Positions 18,344 to 27,889 of a stretch of 53,065 nt of DNA are shown here, piece by piece. How positions within the stretch are numbered: position 1 is the first letter of the stretch; each line of letters begins with the position of its first letter. The stretch is from Oscillospiraceae bacterium (lineage in GTDB: Bacteria > Bacillota > Clostridia > Oscillospirales > UBA929), in the NCBI GenBank assembly GCA_031546715.1, contig JAVBKA010000086.1:1-53065 (forward strand). The letters are read 5' to 3'. A program made the translations under genes and the position numbers. The notes under the pieces were generated by a model. It did not search any database, had not been told where the DNA came from, and was given only the letters and a program-made list of their open reading frames with translations.

Positions 18344-20944
18344 TTGAAGAATTTTGATCCTACTCCCCGTGAAGATGATATTTTCGATGGTATTGACGAG
18401 CTTCTCAATTCGGGAGCTCCTATGAGTGACGACCCAGACACTGCCTATGAGGACATTATTTCAGAGGTTAATTTTAAGCGCGCCACCAATAACAGCATCG
18501 ACACCTCTGCTATCAGCATGGCAATGGGTTCAGAAAGCTCTAAACGCCGTCCATCCTCAAACGAACCCCAAAAGAAAGAGCCTTCCCCGCCCCCAGGCTT
18601 TTTTAACACTGCCACCTCACCTATTACAGATGATTTTGATAAAATATTCCAAGAAATAACATCAGGATTAAATTCCAATCTTTCCGATATACCCTCAAAA
18701 CCCGCAGCTCCCGCCCCTGTCAAGCCGTCTCCTGTGGCTGTAGCCGAAAAGGGCGTGACTGCTCCTGTCAAACCGTCTGCCGTGGCTGTAGCCGAAAAGG
18801 GCGTGACTGCACCTGTCGCCGCCAACGTCACCGCCCACGCCAAAGCTCCCCAAAAAACTTCCGCTAAGACTTCCTCTGGGGCTGGTGCCAATAAAGGGCT
18901 TATTTCCGAGGGCAGTAAGTCTGCCATTGAATATGGCATTGCAGGTACTGAAACCCCTGATACCTCTGAGTTTGCGCCCAAGCTTGCGCCATCTAAGACT
19001 GCGGCAACTAAGCCCGCTGACGGCAATATAATTTCTTCTATTGCCAAAAGAGCCAACTCCGCCCCTCCAGAAAAAAAGGAAGATAAACCCGCCCCTGCAA
19101 AAGATGACGCCGCCTTTTCGGAGGACTTCGCCAAGGTGTTCACGCCTATTAAAAACACAGAGCATGAATCCGACGAAGATTTTGAAGAAAGCGAAGTCAA
19201 CTACAAGGAAGCACCTACAATCACCCAGAGAATTCTCAAACATTTGCGCAAGCCTCTTCCTCCCCTTGAGGCACTGCCTCAGAACGCCTTTGCACGGGCA
19301 CAGAACTATGCACTATCTCTACGAGCACGTTCTTTTGTAGCGTTTTTGCTGACGTTGCCACTTATATATATTTCCCTATGTCAGGTTTTCCGCTTTTTAC
19401 CTGCTCCCGACATGTTGCTTTATAACCACGATTCCTATAGGTACATGCTTATTACCTCGGTACTGCTGATTTTAATTATGCTATGTGCCGTGGATATTAT
19501 CGCCAAGGGTTTTTCTGACTTATATCATTTGCGCCCCGGCGTTGAAACCTTAGTCGCCATTTCTTGCTGTACATCTCTGATTCATGTGATTTCCCTGTGC
19601 ATTGAGCTACCCGAAAGCATCACAATTATAGGCTTCACTCCATACACTGCCGTGACGGGGGTTGTGCTGTTCTTTACCTTGTGGGCAAGCTATTATCAGT
19701 ATAAGGCGTATCTTAAAACCTATGAAGCCTCTACACAATCTGAGGACGTAACCCCTGTGTACCACGTTCAAGGGCTGTGGAACTCCTCCTCCGGCTTCAT
19801 TAAAGCATCTGGGTCGCTGGAAGGCTTTGTGTCCAGAACGGAAGCCCCCGATTTGTCTAGACGCTTTATGTCCTATTTAGCTCCTTTGTTACTGGTCGCT
19901 TCGCTTTTGTTTGCGGTTATCGTTTCTGTGGGCAAGGGTCGTCCGGGGTATTTTTTCTGGGCATGGTCGGCTATTAGCCTTGCTACAACACCTATTTCTA
20001 CGTTATTTGTCTTTGCGCTACCCTTTTCTCGTGTTGCAAGCCGCCTTTTCCGAATGGGCGCGGCTGTTGCAGGTTGGTCTGCCGCTCGTGATTTCCGTGA
20101 CGGTGTCTACGCTGTTTCAAAAGATAGTGACTTTTTCCCAAGCGGAACTGTGGCTCTAAACGGGCTTAAGGTTTACGGCGAAAAAAATTCCTATGAGAAA
20201 ATCACCTCTTACGCATGTACCCTTTTGAAGGACACTGACAACTCTCTCTATCACGCCCTAGACAAAATCGCAAAGGACAGTGGACTTCCCACCTTGGAGG
20301 TTTCACATCTGGAATATGACGAAGGCGGCGGAATCAGAGGAGAAATTCTTGGTGACCGTGTGTTAATCGGCAACTCCGCCTTTATGCTTCGCATGGGCGT
20401 ACGGCTGCCAAAGGAGCTTAATATTAAAAAGGCTGTTTATGTGTCCGTTAATATGCAGCTTGGTGGAATATTTGCCGTTAATTATATTGCCGCCTCACAG
20501 GTTGAAAACGCTCTGCGTATTCTAAACCGAAGCAAAATTACGCCATTGTTGGCTGTTAAGGACTTCAACATCACTCCACTGATGCTAAAAGAGAAATTCG
20601 GAATCGATACCAATGACGTTGAATACCCTACTGTTGAAGGACGATTAAACCTTTCCGCCGCTACCCGTGAGAACTCGAGTATTCCACTGGGAATTGTTAC
20701 CAAGGAAGGGCTTGCTCCCTTTGCCGAATGTGTTGCAGGTGCGGCACGGCTGTACAAGGTATCCCGCATTAACCTGTTTTTGAACATACTATGCACCATC
20801 CTCGGCGTTTTAGCAATGTTTTACCTTACATATCTGGGAACTGCTGACGCTGCCCTATCCATTCTCCCAGGACATGTGCTTTTATACTTCTTTGTGTGGT
20901 GGCTGCCTATATGGTTAATATCTGCCGTCGCTAATCGTTATTAA
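18344..20944 (+). CDS. large membrane protein: disordered Pro/Ala/Lys-rich N-terminus plus degenerate P-type-ATPase-like C-terminal region
   Basis: 866 aa with a TTG start after AGGGGTG. The C-terminal part (GEILGDRVLIGNSAFMLRMGV...) resembles heavy-metal P-type ATPases, but the DKTGT and GDGxND motifs are not recognisable. Confidence 0.55.
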   Translation: MKNFDPTPREDDIFDGIDELLNSGAPMSDDPDTAYEDIISEVNFKRATNNSIDTSAISMAMGSESSKRRPSSNEPQKKEPSPPPGFFNTATSPITDDFDKIFQEITSGLNSNLSDIPSKPAAPAPVKPSPVAVAEKGVTAPVKPSAVAVAEKGVTAPVAANVTAHAKAPQKTSAKTSSGAGANKGLISEGSKSAIEYGIAGTETPDTSEFAPKLAPSKTAATKPADGNIISSIAKRANSAPPEKKEDKPAPAKDDAAFSEDFAKVFTPIKNTEHESDEDFEESEVNYKEAPTITQRILKHLRKPLPPLEALPQNAFARAQNYALSLRARSFVAFLLTLPLIYISLCQVFRFLPAPDMLLYNHDSYRYMLITSVLLILIMLCAVDIIAKGFSDLYHLRPGVETLVAISCCTSLIHVISLCIELPESITIIGFTPYTAVTGVVLFFTLWASYYQYKAYLKTYEASTQSEDVTPVYHVQGLWNSSSGFIKASGSLEGFVSRTEAPDLSRRFMSYLAPLLLVASLLFAVIVSVGKGRPGYFFWAWSAISLATTPISTLFVFALPFSRVASRLFRMGAAVAGWSAARDFRDGVYAVSKDSDFFPSGTVALNGLKVYGEKNSYEKITSYACTLLKDTDNSLYHALDKIAKDSGLPTLEVSHLEYDEGGGIRGEILGDRVLIGNSAFMLRMGVRLPKELNIKKAVYVSVNMQLGGIFAVNYIAASQVENALRILNRSKITPLLAVKDFNITPLMLKEKFGIDTNDVEYPTVEGRLNLSAATRENSSIPLGIVTKEGLAPFAECVAGAARLYKVSRINLFLNILCTILGVLAMFYLTYLGTADAALSILPGHVLLYFFVWWLPIWLISAVANRY
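18716..18811 (+). repeat. 48-bp tandem duplication inside the 866-aa ORF
   Basis: Two 48-bp units encode PVKPSPVAVAEKGVTA / PVKPSAVAVAEKGVTA, and a third unit starts but is partial. Confidence 0.85.
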
Positions 20945-20985
20945 TAGCTATTCTGAGAAATTGAAGGGCTTGAAAGGAACTTTTT

Positions 20986-22056
20986 ATGATTAAAGTAGCA
21001 GTAATCGGTCATGGTTATGTGGGTTCAGGAGTTGCGGAGCTTCTGCTTCGCCGCGAGGCTCAAGTGTCAAAAGTGCTGGGCGAGGAAGTAAAACTTGCCG
21101 CCGTTTGTGATGTCAAGCCCCTCCGCGCAGAAAGCTATGCGGATTTATACGTAAAAGACTTCTCAGTTATTGAGAACGACCCTGAAATTAATATAGTTGT
21201 TGAGACAATTGGCGGAATCGGCGCCGCACTGGACTTTACTCGTAGGAGCTTAAACGCTGGCAAGCATGTCGTCAGCAGTAACAAGGAGCTTGTTGCAGTC
21301 CACGGTGCGGAGCTTCTTGCGCTTGCACAGTCTCGCAACGTCAACTACCTGTTTGAAGCCAGCGTGGGCGGCGGCATTCCCGTTATCACCCCCATGACTG
21401 ATTGCATGACTGGCAACAATATTACTGACATTATCGGTATTTTAAACGGTACTACTAACTATATTTTAACCGGTATGGGCAATTGGGGAATGGCTCTTCG
21501 AGACGCTCTCGCCGAAGCTCAGGTTCAAGGTTATGCCGAACAAAACCCCACTGACGATGTGGAGGGTAAGGATGCAGCACGAAAAATCAGCATCTTGGCA
21601 TCCTTAGCATTCGGACGGCATGTCCGCCCCGAATGGGTGCCCACACAGGGCATCATGAGTATTACAAAGGAGCAGATAAAGGAAGCCGCAGATTTAAAAA
21701 TGACCATCAAGCTCCTAGGTCGCGCCAAGCTCTTTGACGACGGAAAAATTGCCGTATTGCTTGCACCCCATCTTGTTCCTGAAAATCACCCACTGCATAG
21801 TATTGCTGATGTTTTCAACGCAATCGTCGTCACAGGCGACGCCGTGGGCGACGTTATGTTCTACGGCAGAGGCGCGGGCAAGCTACCGACTGCCAGCGCA
21901 GTTATAGCTGATATTATGGACTGTGTCAGATATAAGTTAAACCGCAAGCCTATTTTCTGGACAGCGGAAACAGAAAACTTTTTACTCCCCGAAAGTGCCT
22001 TCGCCTATGAAAAGCACATTTTTGCTGACGGCTCACAAATGAGGATTCTCTTATGA
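20986..22056 (+). CDS. hom: homoserine dehydrogenase
   Basis: 356 aa with an N-terminal Rossmann fold (VIGHGYVGSG), NKELVA and LFEASVGGGIPVI motifs, and the C-terminal region. Confidence 0.9.
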   Translation: MIKVAVIGHGYVGSGVAELLLRREAQVSKVLGEEVKLAAVCDVKPLRAESYADLYVKDFSVIENDPEINIVVETIGGIGAALDFTRRSLNAGKHVVSSNKELVAVHGAELLALAQSRNVNYLFEASVGGGIPVITPMTDCMTGNNITDIIGILNGTTNYILTGMGNWGMALRDALAEAQVQGYAEQNPTDDVEGKDAARKISILASLAFGRHVRPEWVPTQGIMSITKEQIKEAADLKMTIKLLGRAKLFDDGKIAVLLAPHLVPENHPLHSIADVFNAIVVTGDAVGDVMFYGRGAGKLPTASAVIADIMDCVRYKLNRKPIFWTAETENFLLPESAFAYEKHIFADGSQMRILL

Positions 22057-22937
22057 TACGTGTCACCGTCCCTGCAACAAGTGCCAACATGGGCAGTGGC
22101 TTTGACACCATCGGAATTGCCTTGTCCCTGAGTAACGAAGTTCTCATTGACGAGAACGACCATCTGGACATCTCCTGCAAAACAGGGCACAATATTCATG
22201 CGGACACTAGAAATCTCATTTTTCGCTGCGCCCGCCGTGTTTACGACGAAGTCGGAAAGCTGCTTCACGGGCTGACTATCGTTGAATCCTGCAACATTCC
22301 CATGACAAGGGGTTTAGGCTCGTCCTCCGCGTGCACCGTTGCAGGGGTTATGGGTGCTAATGCGCTGTTAAAAAACCCGCTGAACAAACAGGATGTTATT
22401 GACCTTTGCGCCGTCATTGAGGGACATCCCGATAACTCAACTCCCGCTATTTTGGGAGGTTTCGTGGCGGCACTTTTAGAGGACGGCAAGGTTTGGCAGG
22501 TGCGTGTACCCATTGCAAAGCGTTTGCAATTTTGCGTTTTTGTTCCGGATTTCGAGCTAAAAACAGAAAAGGCCCGCGCTGCGCTACCGTCACTTATTTC
22601 GCATAAAGACGCTGTGTTCAACCTAGCTCGTGCGGCTCTCCTTGCAGGTTCCCTTGTGTCGGGCGACCTTCACAATATCGGCGTTGCAACAGAGGACAGA
22701 CTTCACCAGCCCTACCGCTTCGGTTTTATCCCACAAGGTGAGGAAATTATGCAAGCCGCCCGTCAGTTAGGCGCACTAGGCGTGTATCTTTCAGGGGCAG
22801 GGCCTAGCATAATCGCCATCGTCAACGACACCACCTTCGGCGACAGAGCTTCTATCCACTTTGCCCAGCATTTCCCAAGCTGGAAAGTGCTGACACTGGA
22901 GTGTGACGAAGTGGGCGCAGTGGTGGAAATCATATAA
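22053..22937 (+). CDS. thrB: homoserine kinase
   Basis: 294 aa with the GHMP kinase motif PMTRGLGSSSA. ATGA overlap with hom. Confidence 0.9.
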   Translation: MIRVTVPATSANMGSGFDTIGIALSLSNEVLIDENDHLDISCKTGHNIHADTRNLIFRCARRVYDEVGKLLHGLTIVESCNIPMTRGLGSSSACTVAGVMGANALLKNPLNKQDVIDLCAVIEGHPDNSTPAILGGFVAALLEDGKVWQVRVPIAKRLQFCVFVPDFELKTEKARAALPSLISHKDAVFNLARAALLAGSLVSGDLHNIGVATEDRLHQPYRFGFIPQGEEIMQAARQLGALGVYLSGAGPSIIAIVNDTTFGDRASIHFAQHFPSWKVLTLECDEVGAVVEII

Positions 22938-23037
22938 TTTTCTCGGAACACGGGATTTATTTAACTTTTTATCGGTAAACACATATAATAGTGATATGCG
23001 CGTTTGACTACCTTGATAGTTTTATCTTTTTGGCAGG

Positions 23038-23195
23038 CTAAGTAACCACAAATTAACTCTACGGCATTATCACGCTCCCTTAACCCTGTCGCTCCGGTAC
23101 CCTTCAATACCTTAAAAGGTCTTGACGAGTTCCAGCGCTTTTCGTGAAAATATGCTTGCATATTTTCACTACCGGGTTAATCCGCGCTTTCTAAG
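23038..23195 (+). repeat. copy 2 of the ~145-nt structured intergenic repeat element
   Basis: Same element as 5741-5894, with a collinear 121-nt core at 23065-23185. It is flanked by CTAAG on both sides and ends about 20 nt before the lysC start. Confidence 0.8.
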
Positions 23196-23212
23196 TTTTA
23201 TAGTATAAAGGT

Positions 23213-24430
23213 GTGAGTTTTTTGGCATTAATTGTGCAAAAATTTGGAGGCTCTTCTCTGGCAGATAACGAGCGAATCCGCCACGTTGCGAAGATAATTA
23301 CTGATACGTACAAAAAAGGCAACGATGTTGTGGCGATTCTATCCGCTCAGGGCGACACTACTGATGAGCTAGAGGCAAAGGCGCATGAGCTAAATCCAAA
23401 GGCTTCAAAACGTGAAATGGATGCTCTCATGGTCAACGGCGAAAATATTGCAATTGCCCTTGTGGCAATCGCAATTGAAGCTCTTGGTTTCCCTGTAGTC
23501 TCTCTGACAGGTCGTCAAGTGGGCATATTGACAGACAGTAATTATGCAAACGCCCGCATAAAGAAAATCGACACTGAGCGTATGCAGTCCGAGCTTTCAA
23601 AGAAAAACATAGTTTTAGTTGCAGGTTTTCAGGGCTATAACCGCTTTGACGACAACACTACGCTTGGTCGCGGCGGCTCAAACACTTCGGCTGTTGCAGT
23701 GTCGGCAGTGCTAAAAGCCGACATGTGCCAGAACTATACAGACGTTGACGGGATATACACCGCAGACCCAAGAATTGTTAAGAATGCCCGCAAGCTGCCA
23801 GAAATCACATATGACGAAATGCTTGAATTAGCGTCCCTCGGGGCAAATGTTTTGCAAAATCGCTCCGTAGAAATGGCAAAAAGATATAATGTACCCTTAG
23901 AGGTACTGTCTAGCTTCACTCCGGAAGTGCCCGGAACTAAAGTCATGGAGGTTATGAAAATGGAAAGTATGCAAGTATCTGGTGTCGCCCGTGATAATAA
24001 CGTCGCTCGAATCGCTCTTATTGGTTTGCCTGACCATCCGGGTATTGCATCAAAAATCTTCACATTGCTAGCCTCGCAGAAAATCAACGTTGATATTATT
24101 TTGCAGTCCATCGGACGCGACGACTCCAAGGATATAAGCTTCACCACGACCAAGGGCAACATGGAGCTTGCCAGAGAGCTTCTCGGGTCCCATAAGGATA
24201 CCATTGGCTTCAAAGAAATCGTAATATCCGATGCTGTCAGCAAGGTTTCAGCCGTGGGCGCAGGAATGGTAGGTAATCCTGGTGTTGCCGCGCAAATGTT
24301 TGAGGCATTAGCAAATGCGGGTATTAATATTCAAATGATTTCTACCAGCGAGATCAAGGTTTCTGTTCTTATAGACAAATCTGACTCTGACAGAGCCGTT
24401 CAGGCGATACACGAAAAGTTTTTTAAATAA
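23213..24430 (+). CDS. lysC: aspartate kinase
   Basis: 405 aa with the KFGGSSL motif and two C-terminal ACT-like repeats. The start is ambiguous (GTG 23213 or TTG 23222). Confidence 0.9.
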   Translation: MSFLALIVQKFGGSSLADNERIRHVAKIITDTYKKGNDVVAILSAQGDTTDELEAKAHELNPKASKREMDALMVNGENIAIALVAIAIEALGFPVVSLTGRQVGILTDSNYANARIKKIDTERMQSELSKKNIVLVAGFQGYNRFDDNTTLGRGGSNTSAVAVSAVLKADMCQNYTDVDGIYTADPRIVKNARKLPEITYDEMLELASLGANVLQNRSVEMAKRYNVPLEVLSSFTPEVPGTKVMEVMKMESMQVSGVARDNNVARIALIGLPDHPGIASKIFTLLASQKINVDIILQSIGRDDSKDISFTTTKGNMELARELLGSHKDTIGFKEIVISDAVSKVSAVGAGMVGNPGVAAQMFEALANAGINIQMISTSEIKVSVLIDKSDSDRAVQAIHEKFFK

Positions 24431-24443
24431 GGAAGATATATAC

Positions 24444-24812
24444 ATGGACAAAAGCAAGCGCAAGGAGCTGCTTGAGCAATACAAAGAGGTTAAGACGTTT
24501 TTTGGCGTTGTGTGCATAAAGAACACAGTCAACGGTAAGATTTTTCTTAACGGCTATCCTAACCTTAAAAACAAGTGGTCAACAATTCAATCTCAGCTCG
24601 ACATGGGTCAGTTCCCAAACGCTCCACTGTTAGCCGACTGGAAAGCTCACGGCAAAGACGCTTTTACATTTGAGGTGCTAGAGGAAAAGTCTACTGAGGA
24701 TGTATCTGATGTTGCCTTTGAGGTAAAAATGATGCTGAAGTCTTGGCTGCAAAAGCTTGAGCCATTCGACGACAAGGGGTATAATACTAGAAAGTCCGAT
24801 GCTGCGTTATAA
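24444..24812 (+). CDS. GIY-YIG-like small nuclease-family protein
   Basis: 122 aa with FGVVCIKNTVNGKIFLNGY ... NAPLLADWKAHGKDAFTFEVLE, which fits the short GIY-YIG family pattern. Confidence 0.55.
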   Translation: MDKSKRKELLEQYKEVKTFFGVVCIKNTVNGKIFLNGYPNLKNKWSTIQSQLDMGQFPNAPLLADWKAHGKDAFTFEVLEEKSTEDVSDVAFEVKMMLKSWLQKLEPFDDKGYNTRKSDAAL

Positions 24813-24830
24813 GGTTGCTTGAAAATATTA

Positions 24831-24858
24831 AAGCCGTCCGGCGACAACCGGACGGCTT
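24831..24858. terminator. hairpin terminator between convergent genes
   Basis: 11-bp GC-rich stem AAGCCGTCCGG / CCGGACGGCTT. The U-rich tract is better on the - strand. Confidence 0.55.
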
Positions 24859-24869
24859 ATCTGTGGCTA

Positions 24870-24998
24870 TTATCGCAATTCCCGAAGCTTAATATCATGC
24901 ACCCCGACATATGTATCGAGATTGTCAACCTTAGTCTCAAGACGATTAAGAATCTCCGTGTGCTCATCAACTTTGTCTCTAATTGACGATGTACAATC
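24870..24998 (-). other. in-frame 42-codon continuation of the coiled-coil ORF beyond the TGA, ending at TAA 24870-24872
   Basis: Same frame as 24999-25478. It translates to DCTSSIRDKVDEHTEILNRLETKVDNLDTYVGVHDIKLRELR, which continues the coiled-coil character, and it ends right at the terminator hairpin. Confidence 0.5.
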
Positions 24999-25478
24999 TC
25001 AAAGTGCCTTCAAATGGCTGCCATGCTCTAGCTCCATTTTTAGTGCAGTAGTTCGTGTAAAGTTCAAAGATTCCTCAACAGTACCAAGTCGTTTTTTAAC
25101 GCTGACGATGCTCTTGTCAATTTCGGTTAGATGCAAATCAACTGCGACAAGATGTTGATCGATTTCGTCAAAACGTTGATCCATTCCGTCAAAACGTTGA
25201 TCCATTCCGTCTAGACGTTGATCCATTGCGTCAAAACGTTGATCCATTCCGTCAAATCGCTGCTCCATTGCGTCAAATCGCTGCTCCATTGCGTCAAAAC
25301 GTTGATCCATTCCATCAAGTCGTTGATCGATTCCGTCTAGCCGCTGCTCTACGCCTTCTAGACGCTGTTCAACGCCATCTAGTCGTTGTTCAATTCTTTC
25401 AACGTTGACTTCAATGGCGGACAAGCCAGCTTCAAGTCTGACCTGACCTTCCCCTAGACGAAAAATTGAGCCTTGCAT
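24999..25478 (-). CDS. heptad-repeat coiled-coil protein (ORF ends at an in-frame TGA)
   Basis: 159 aa dominated by (D/E)QR(L/F)D(G/A)(M/I/V) heptads. No clear SD, so the start is uncertain. Confidence 0.55.
   Translation of the reverse strand: MQGSIFRLGEGQVRLEAGLSAIEVNVERIEQRLDGVEQRLEGVEQRLDGIDQRLDGMDQRFDAMEQRFDAMEQRFDGMDQRFDAMDQRLDGMDQRFDGMDQRFDEIDQHLVAVDLHLTEIDKSIVSVKKRLGTVEESLNFTRTTALKMELEHGSHLKAL
25146..25397 (-). repeat. about 12 tandem 21-bp units (coding heptads)
   Basis: Unit GTCAAAACGTTGATCCATTCC (+ strand). Several units are identical (for example 25167-25187 = 25188-25208) and others are diverged. Confidence 0.9.
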
Positions 25479-25586
25479 ATTTTCAAGTATTGATAAAATT
25501 TTTTCTTAGTTATTCAAATACTTCACCCTCATATTTAACCCATAGATGAAGTATACTCCATTTCAGAGCGTAACGCAAGCATTTTA

Positions 25587-26252
25587 TCAATCCACTTTAT
25601 CCGACTTTTTGCCTCTTTTAGGCATGGGGATTCCCTTAGTGTAGGTGGCGATATTGCGGTTAATTCCCAGCAATCCCAGCACTCCGATACCTAGAGATAT
25701 GCCTAAATCTTTTAGAAAGCTACCATCTTCAATGAGATATTGCGTTACAATTATCATGTTTTCCATGGTAACTGGATAATCTTCTTGCTGTAGTGCAAAC
25801 GCTATGGAAACAAAGTTCATTGCAAGTATAACCAACAGCGAAAGCGACCATATTACCCCGACTGCAAACTTGTGATTTTTCGGACCTTTAAACAGCTTGT
25901 AGCCATAAAATGAGACATAACCCGTTAAAAATGCCAACCAACCAATTAACCACCCTGCATTTAACACCACTAACCATGGAATCGACCCTATCACCGCTCC
26001 TAAAAATGCACCGATGATACCCATTAAGAACGAAACGCTTGTTGGCGGCTCCGGTGGCTCAATTTCCGCTAGATAATTGTAGTCATGGCTTGAGTCGCCT
26101 TGTTCTTGGTTGTCTCTAGGGTAATCTAAGCTCTGCGATTGTTCTGAGGTGCTGCCCGAATCTTCATTAGCGAGGTATTTAGTGCTGTCAGTGTTACTAT
26201 TTGGTGTTGGTTCTCCCATTGGATTGCTTACCTTTTCGTCGTTATCGTTCAT
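25587..26252 (-). CDS. hypothetical membrane protein with disordered N-terminus
   Basis: About 220 aa with an acidic/Ser-rich N-terminal region, about four predicted TM helices and a basic C-terminus. The ATG at 26252 is preferred over the TTG at 26285. Confidence 0.6.
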   Translation of the reverse strand: MNDNDEKVSNPMGEPTPNSNTDSTKYLANEDSGSTSEQSQSLDYPRDNQEQGDSSHDYNYLAEIEPPEPPTSVSFLMGIIGAFLGAVIGSIPWLVVLNAGWLIGWLAFLTGYVSFYGYKLFKGPKNHKFAVGVIWSLSLLVILAMNFVSIAFALQQEDYPVTMENMIIVTQYLIEDGSFLKDLGISLGIGVLGLLGINRNIATYTKGIPMPKRGKKSDKVD

Positions 26253-26399
26253 AGTTGACCCCACTTTCGCACAATTGCTATTCAATAGGTAATTACCAAG
26301 CCAACCTCAGTTGGAGAGGCGGTTGGCTTCCCACCGCTTGGTGACGAAAAGTCTACAAATTAGTATTATACGAAGATACAACACTAATATACCAAAGAA

Positions 26400-26433
26400 A
26401 GACAGTCTCCTGATAGCAAGACTGTCTTTTTTT
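26400..26433 (-). terminator. terminator downstream of rplQ (end of alpha operon)
   Basis: 9-bp stem AGACAGTCT / AGACTGTCT flanked by A-rich and T-rich runs, so it would be usable in both directions. Confidence 0.7.
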
Positions 26434-26450
26434 GAGTAAATTACTCTACA

Positions 26451-26792
26451 CTATATTAATTCTAAAACTGCCATCTCAGCAGCGTCGCCGCGGCGTGCGC
26501 CAAGGCGGGTGATGCGGGTGTAGCCGCCGTTACGGTCGGCATATTTTGGCGCAATTTCATCAAACAATCTCTTGACGACAGTTTCATTAGTCATGAAAGC
26601 AATAGCTTGACGGCGTGAAGCTAAGGTATTAGCCTTGCCGAGGGTAATCATTTTCTCAACCAAGGGAGCAACCTCGCTCGCACGGGTAATTGTAGTCTCA
26701 ATGCGTCCCTTACTTAACGCTTCGGTAACCATGGTTTGAAGCATGGCCATACGGTGCGCTGTGGGGCGACCTAATTTTCTTGTTCCGGGCAT
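26451..26792 (-). CDS. rplQ: 50S ribosomal protein L17
   Basis: N-terminus [19 protein letters not shown] lies 7 nt before the ATG at 26792. Confidence 0.93.
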   Translation of the reverse strand: MPGTRKLGRPTAHRMAMLQTMVTEALSKGRIETTITRASEVAPLVEKMITLGKANTLASRRQAIAFMTNETVVKRLFDEIAPKYADRNGGYTRITRLGARRGDAAEMAVLELI

Positions 26793-26841
26793 ATACATAT
26801 CCTCCAGTTCTGAGTTGCGCTAACTAATGTAATGTGTACTA

Positions 26842-27789
26842 TTATTGATCTTCTGCAACAAGATTCAGCCCCATTGCATTGAGCTTGCCAATAACTTCCT
26901 CAAGGGATTTGCGTCCTAAGTTTCTGACCTTCATCATGTCGTCTTCGGATTTATTAACTAAATCCTCAACGGTATTAATTCCGGCACGTTTTAAGCAGTT
27001 AAAGCTGCGGACAGATAAATCCAGCTCTTCAATAGTCATTTCCAAAACCTTGTCTCGATGGGACTCAGCTTTTTCCACAACTGTTGACTTACCGATGAGG
27101 TTTGCAGAAAGGTCTGTAAACAGCATCAGATGGTCAGATAAAATTTTCGCAGATAAGGAAACTGCATCACGCGAGGAGATTGTAGAGTCAGTCCAAACCT
27201 CAAGAGTCAGCTTATCAAAATCGGTCATGTTTCCTACACGGGTATTTTCAACTGTAAAGTTGACCTTAACCACCGGAGTGTAAATACTGTCAATAGGAAT
27301 AAGACCAATTACATTTTGTGCGGGTTTGTTCTTGTCGGCGGATACGTATCCACGACCGTGAGAAAGCGTCATCTCCATATCAAGATGTGCTCCCGGATTT
27401 AGCCAAGCTATATGAAGCTCAGGATTAAGAATTTCAACTTCACCGTCGGTTTTAATGTCGCCTGCGGTGACTTCGCCTTCGCCCTTTGCTTCAATATAAA
27501 CGGTACGGGGACCTGCGCTGTGAATTCGAGCAATGATGCCCTTAATATTCAGAACTATTTCGGTAACATCTTCTTTTACGCCAGGAATTGTGGAAAATTC
27601 GTGGGAAACGCCCAGAATTTTCAAAGTAGTAACTGCTGTGCCGGGTAAGGACGACAGCAATATACGGCGCAGAGAATTGCCCAGAGTAGTCCCATAGCCT
27701 CTTTCCAGAGGTTCAACTATAAACTTGCCATATGAGGGATCATTCTCATCTTCAATACATACTATGCTCGGCTTTTCGATTTCTATCAT
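26842..27789 (-). CDS. rpoA: DNA-directed RNA polymerase subunit alpha
   Basis: 315 aa with [18 protein letters not shown] and the C-terminal domain sequence [16 protein letters not shown]. Confidence 0.97.
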   Translation of the reverse strand: MIEIEKPSIVCIEDENDPSYGKFIVEPLERGYGTTLGNSLRRILLSSLPGTAVTTLKILGVSHEFSTIPGVKEDVTEIVLNIKGIIARIHSAGPRTVYIEAKGEGEVTAGDIKTDGEVEILNPELHIAWLNPGAHLDMEMTLSHGRGYVSADKNKPAQNVIGLIPIDSIYTPVVKVNFTVENTRVGNMTDFDKLTLEVWTDSTISSRDAVSLSAKILSDHLMLFTDLSANLIGKSTVVEKAESHRDKVLEMTIEELDLSVRSFNCLKRAGINTVEDLVNKSEDDMMKVRNLGRKSLEEVIGKLNAMGLNLVAEDQ

Positions 27790-27889
27790 GAAAACACTCC
27801 TTTATCGTAGCATTCAATCGACCCTATCCACAGAGGCTTGCGCCTCTGCCATACACCCTGACACTTTTTGTAAAAGTGCCTCTAATGCG

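Noticed and set aside
22938-23212. Looked for a lysine riboswitch (L-box) or T-box upstream of aspartate kinase.
   Set aside because: I saw no L-box-like conserved helices or sequence. The structured part is the repeat element, which is also present inside the V-ATPase operon.
25146-25397. Regular 21-bp repeats considered as a possible CRISPR array.
   Set aside because: The units are contiguous with no spacers, lie in one long ORF, and encode heptads. This is a coding tandem repeat.
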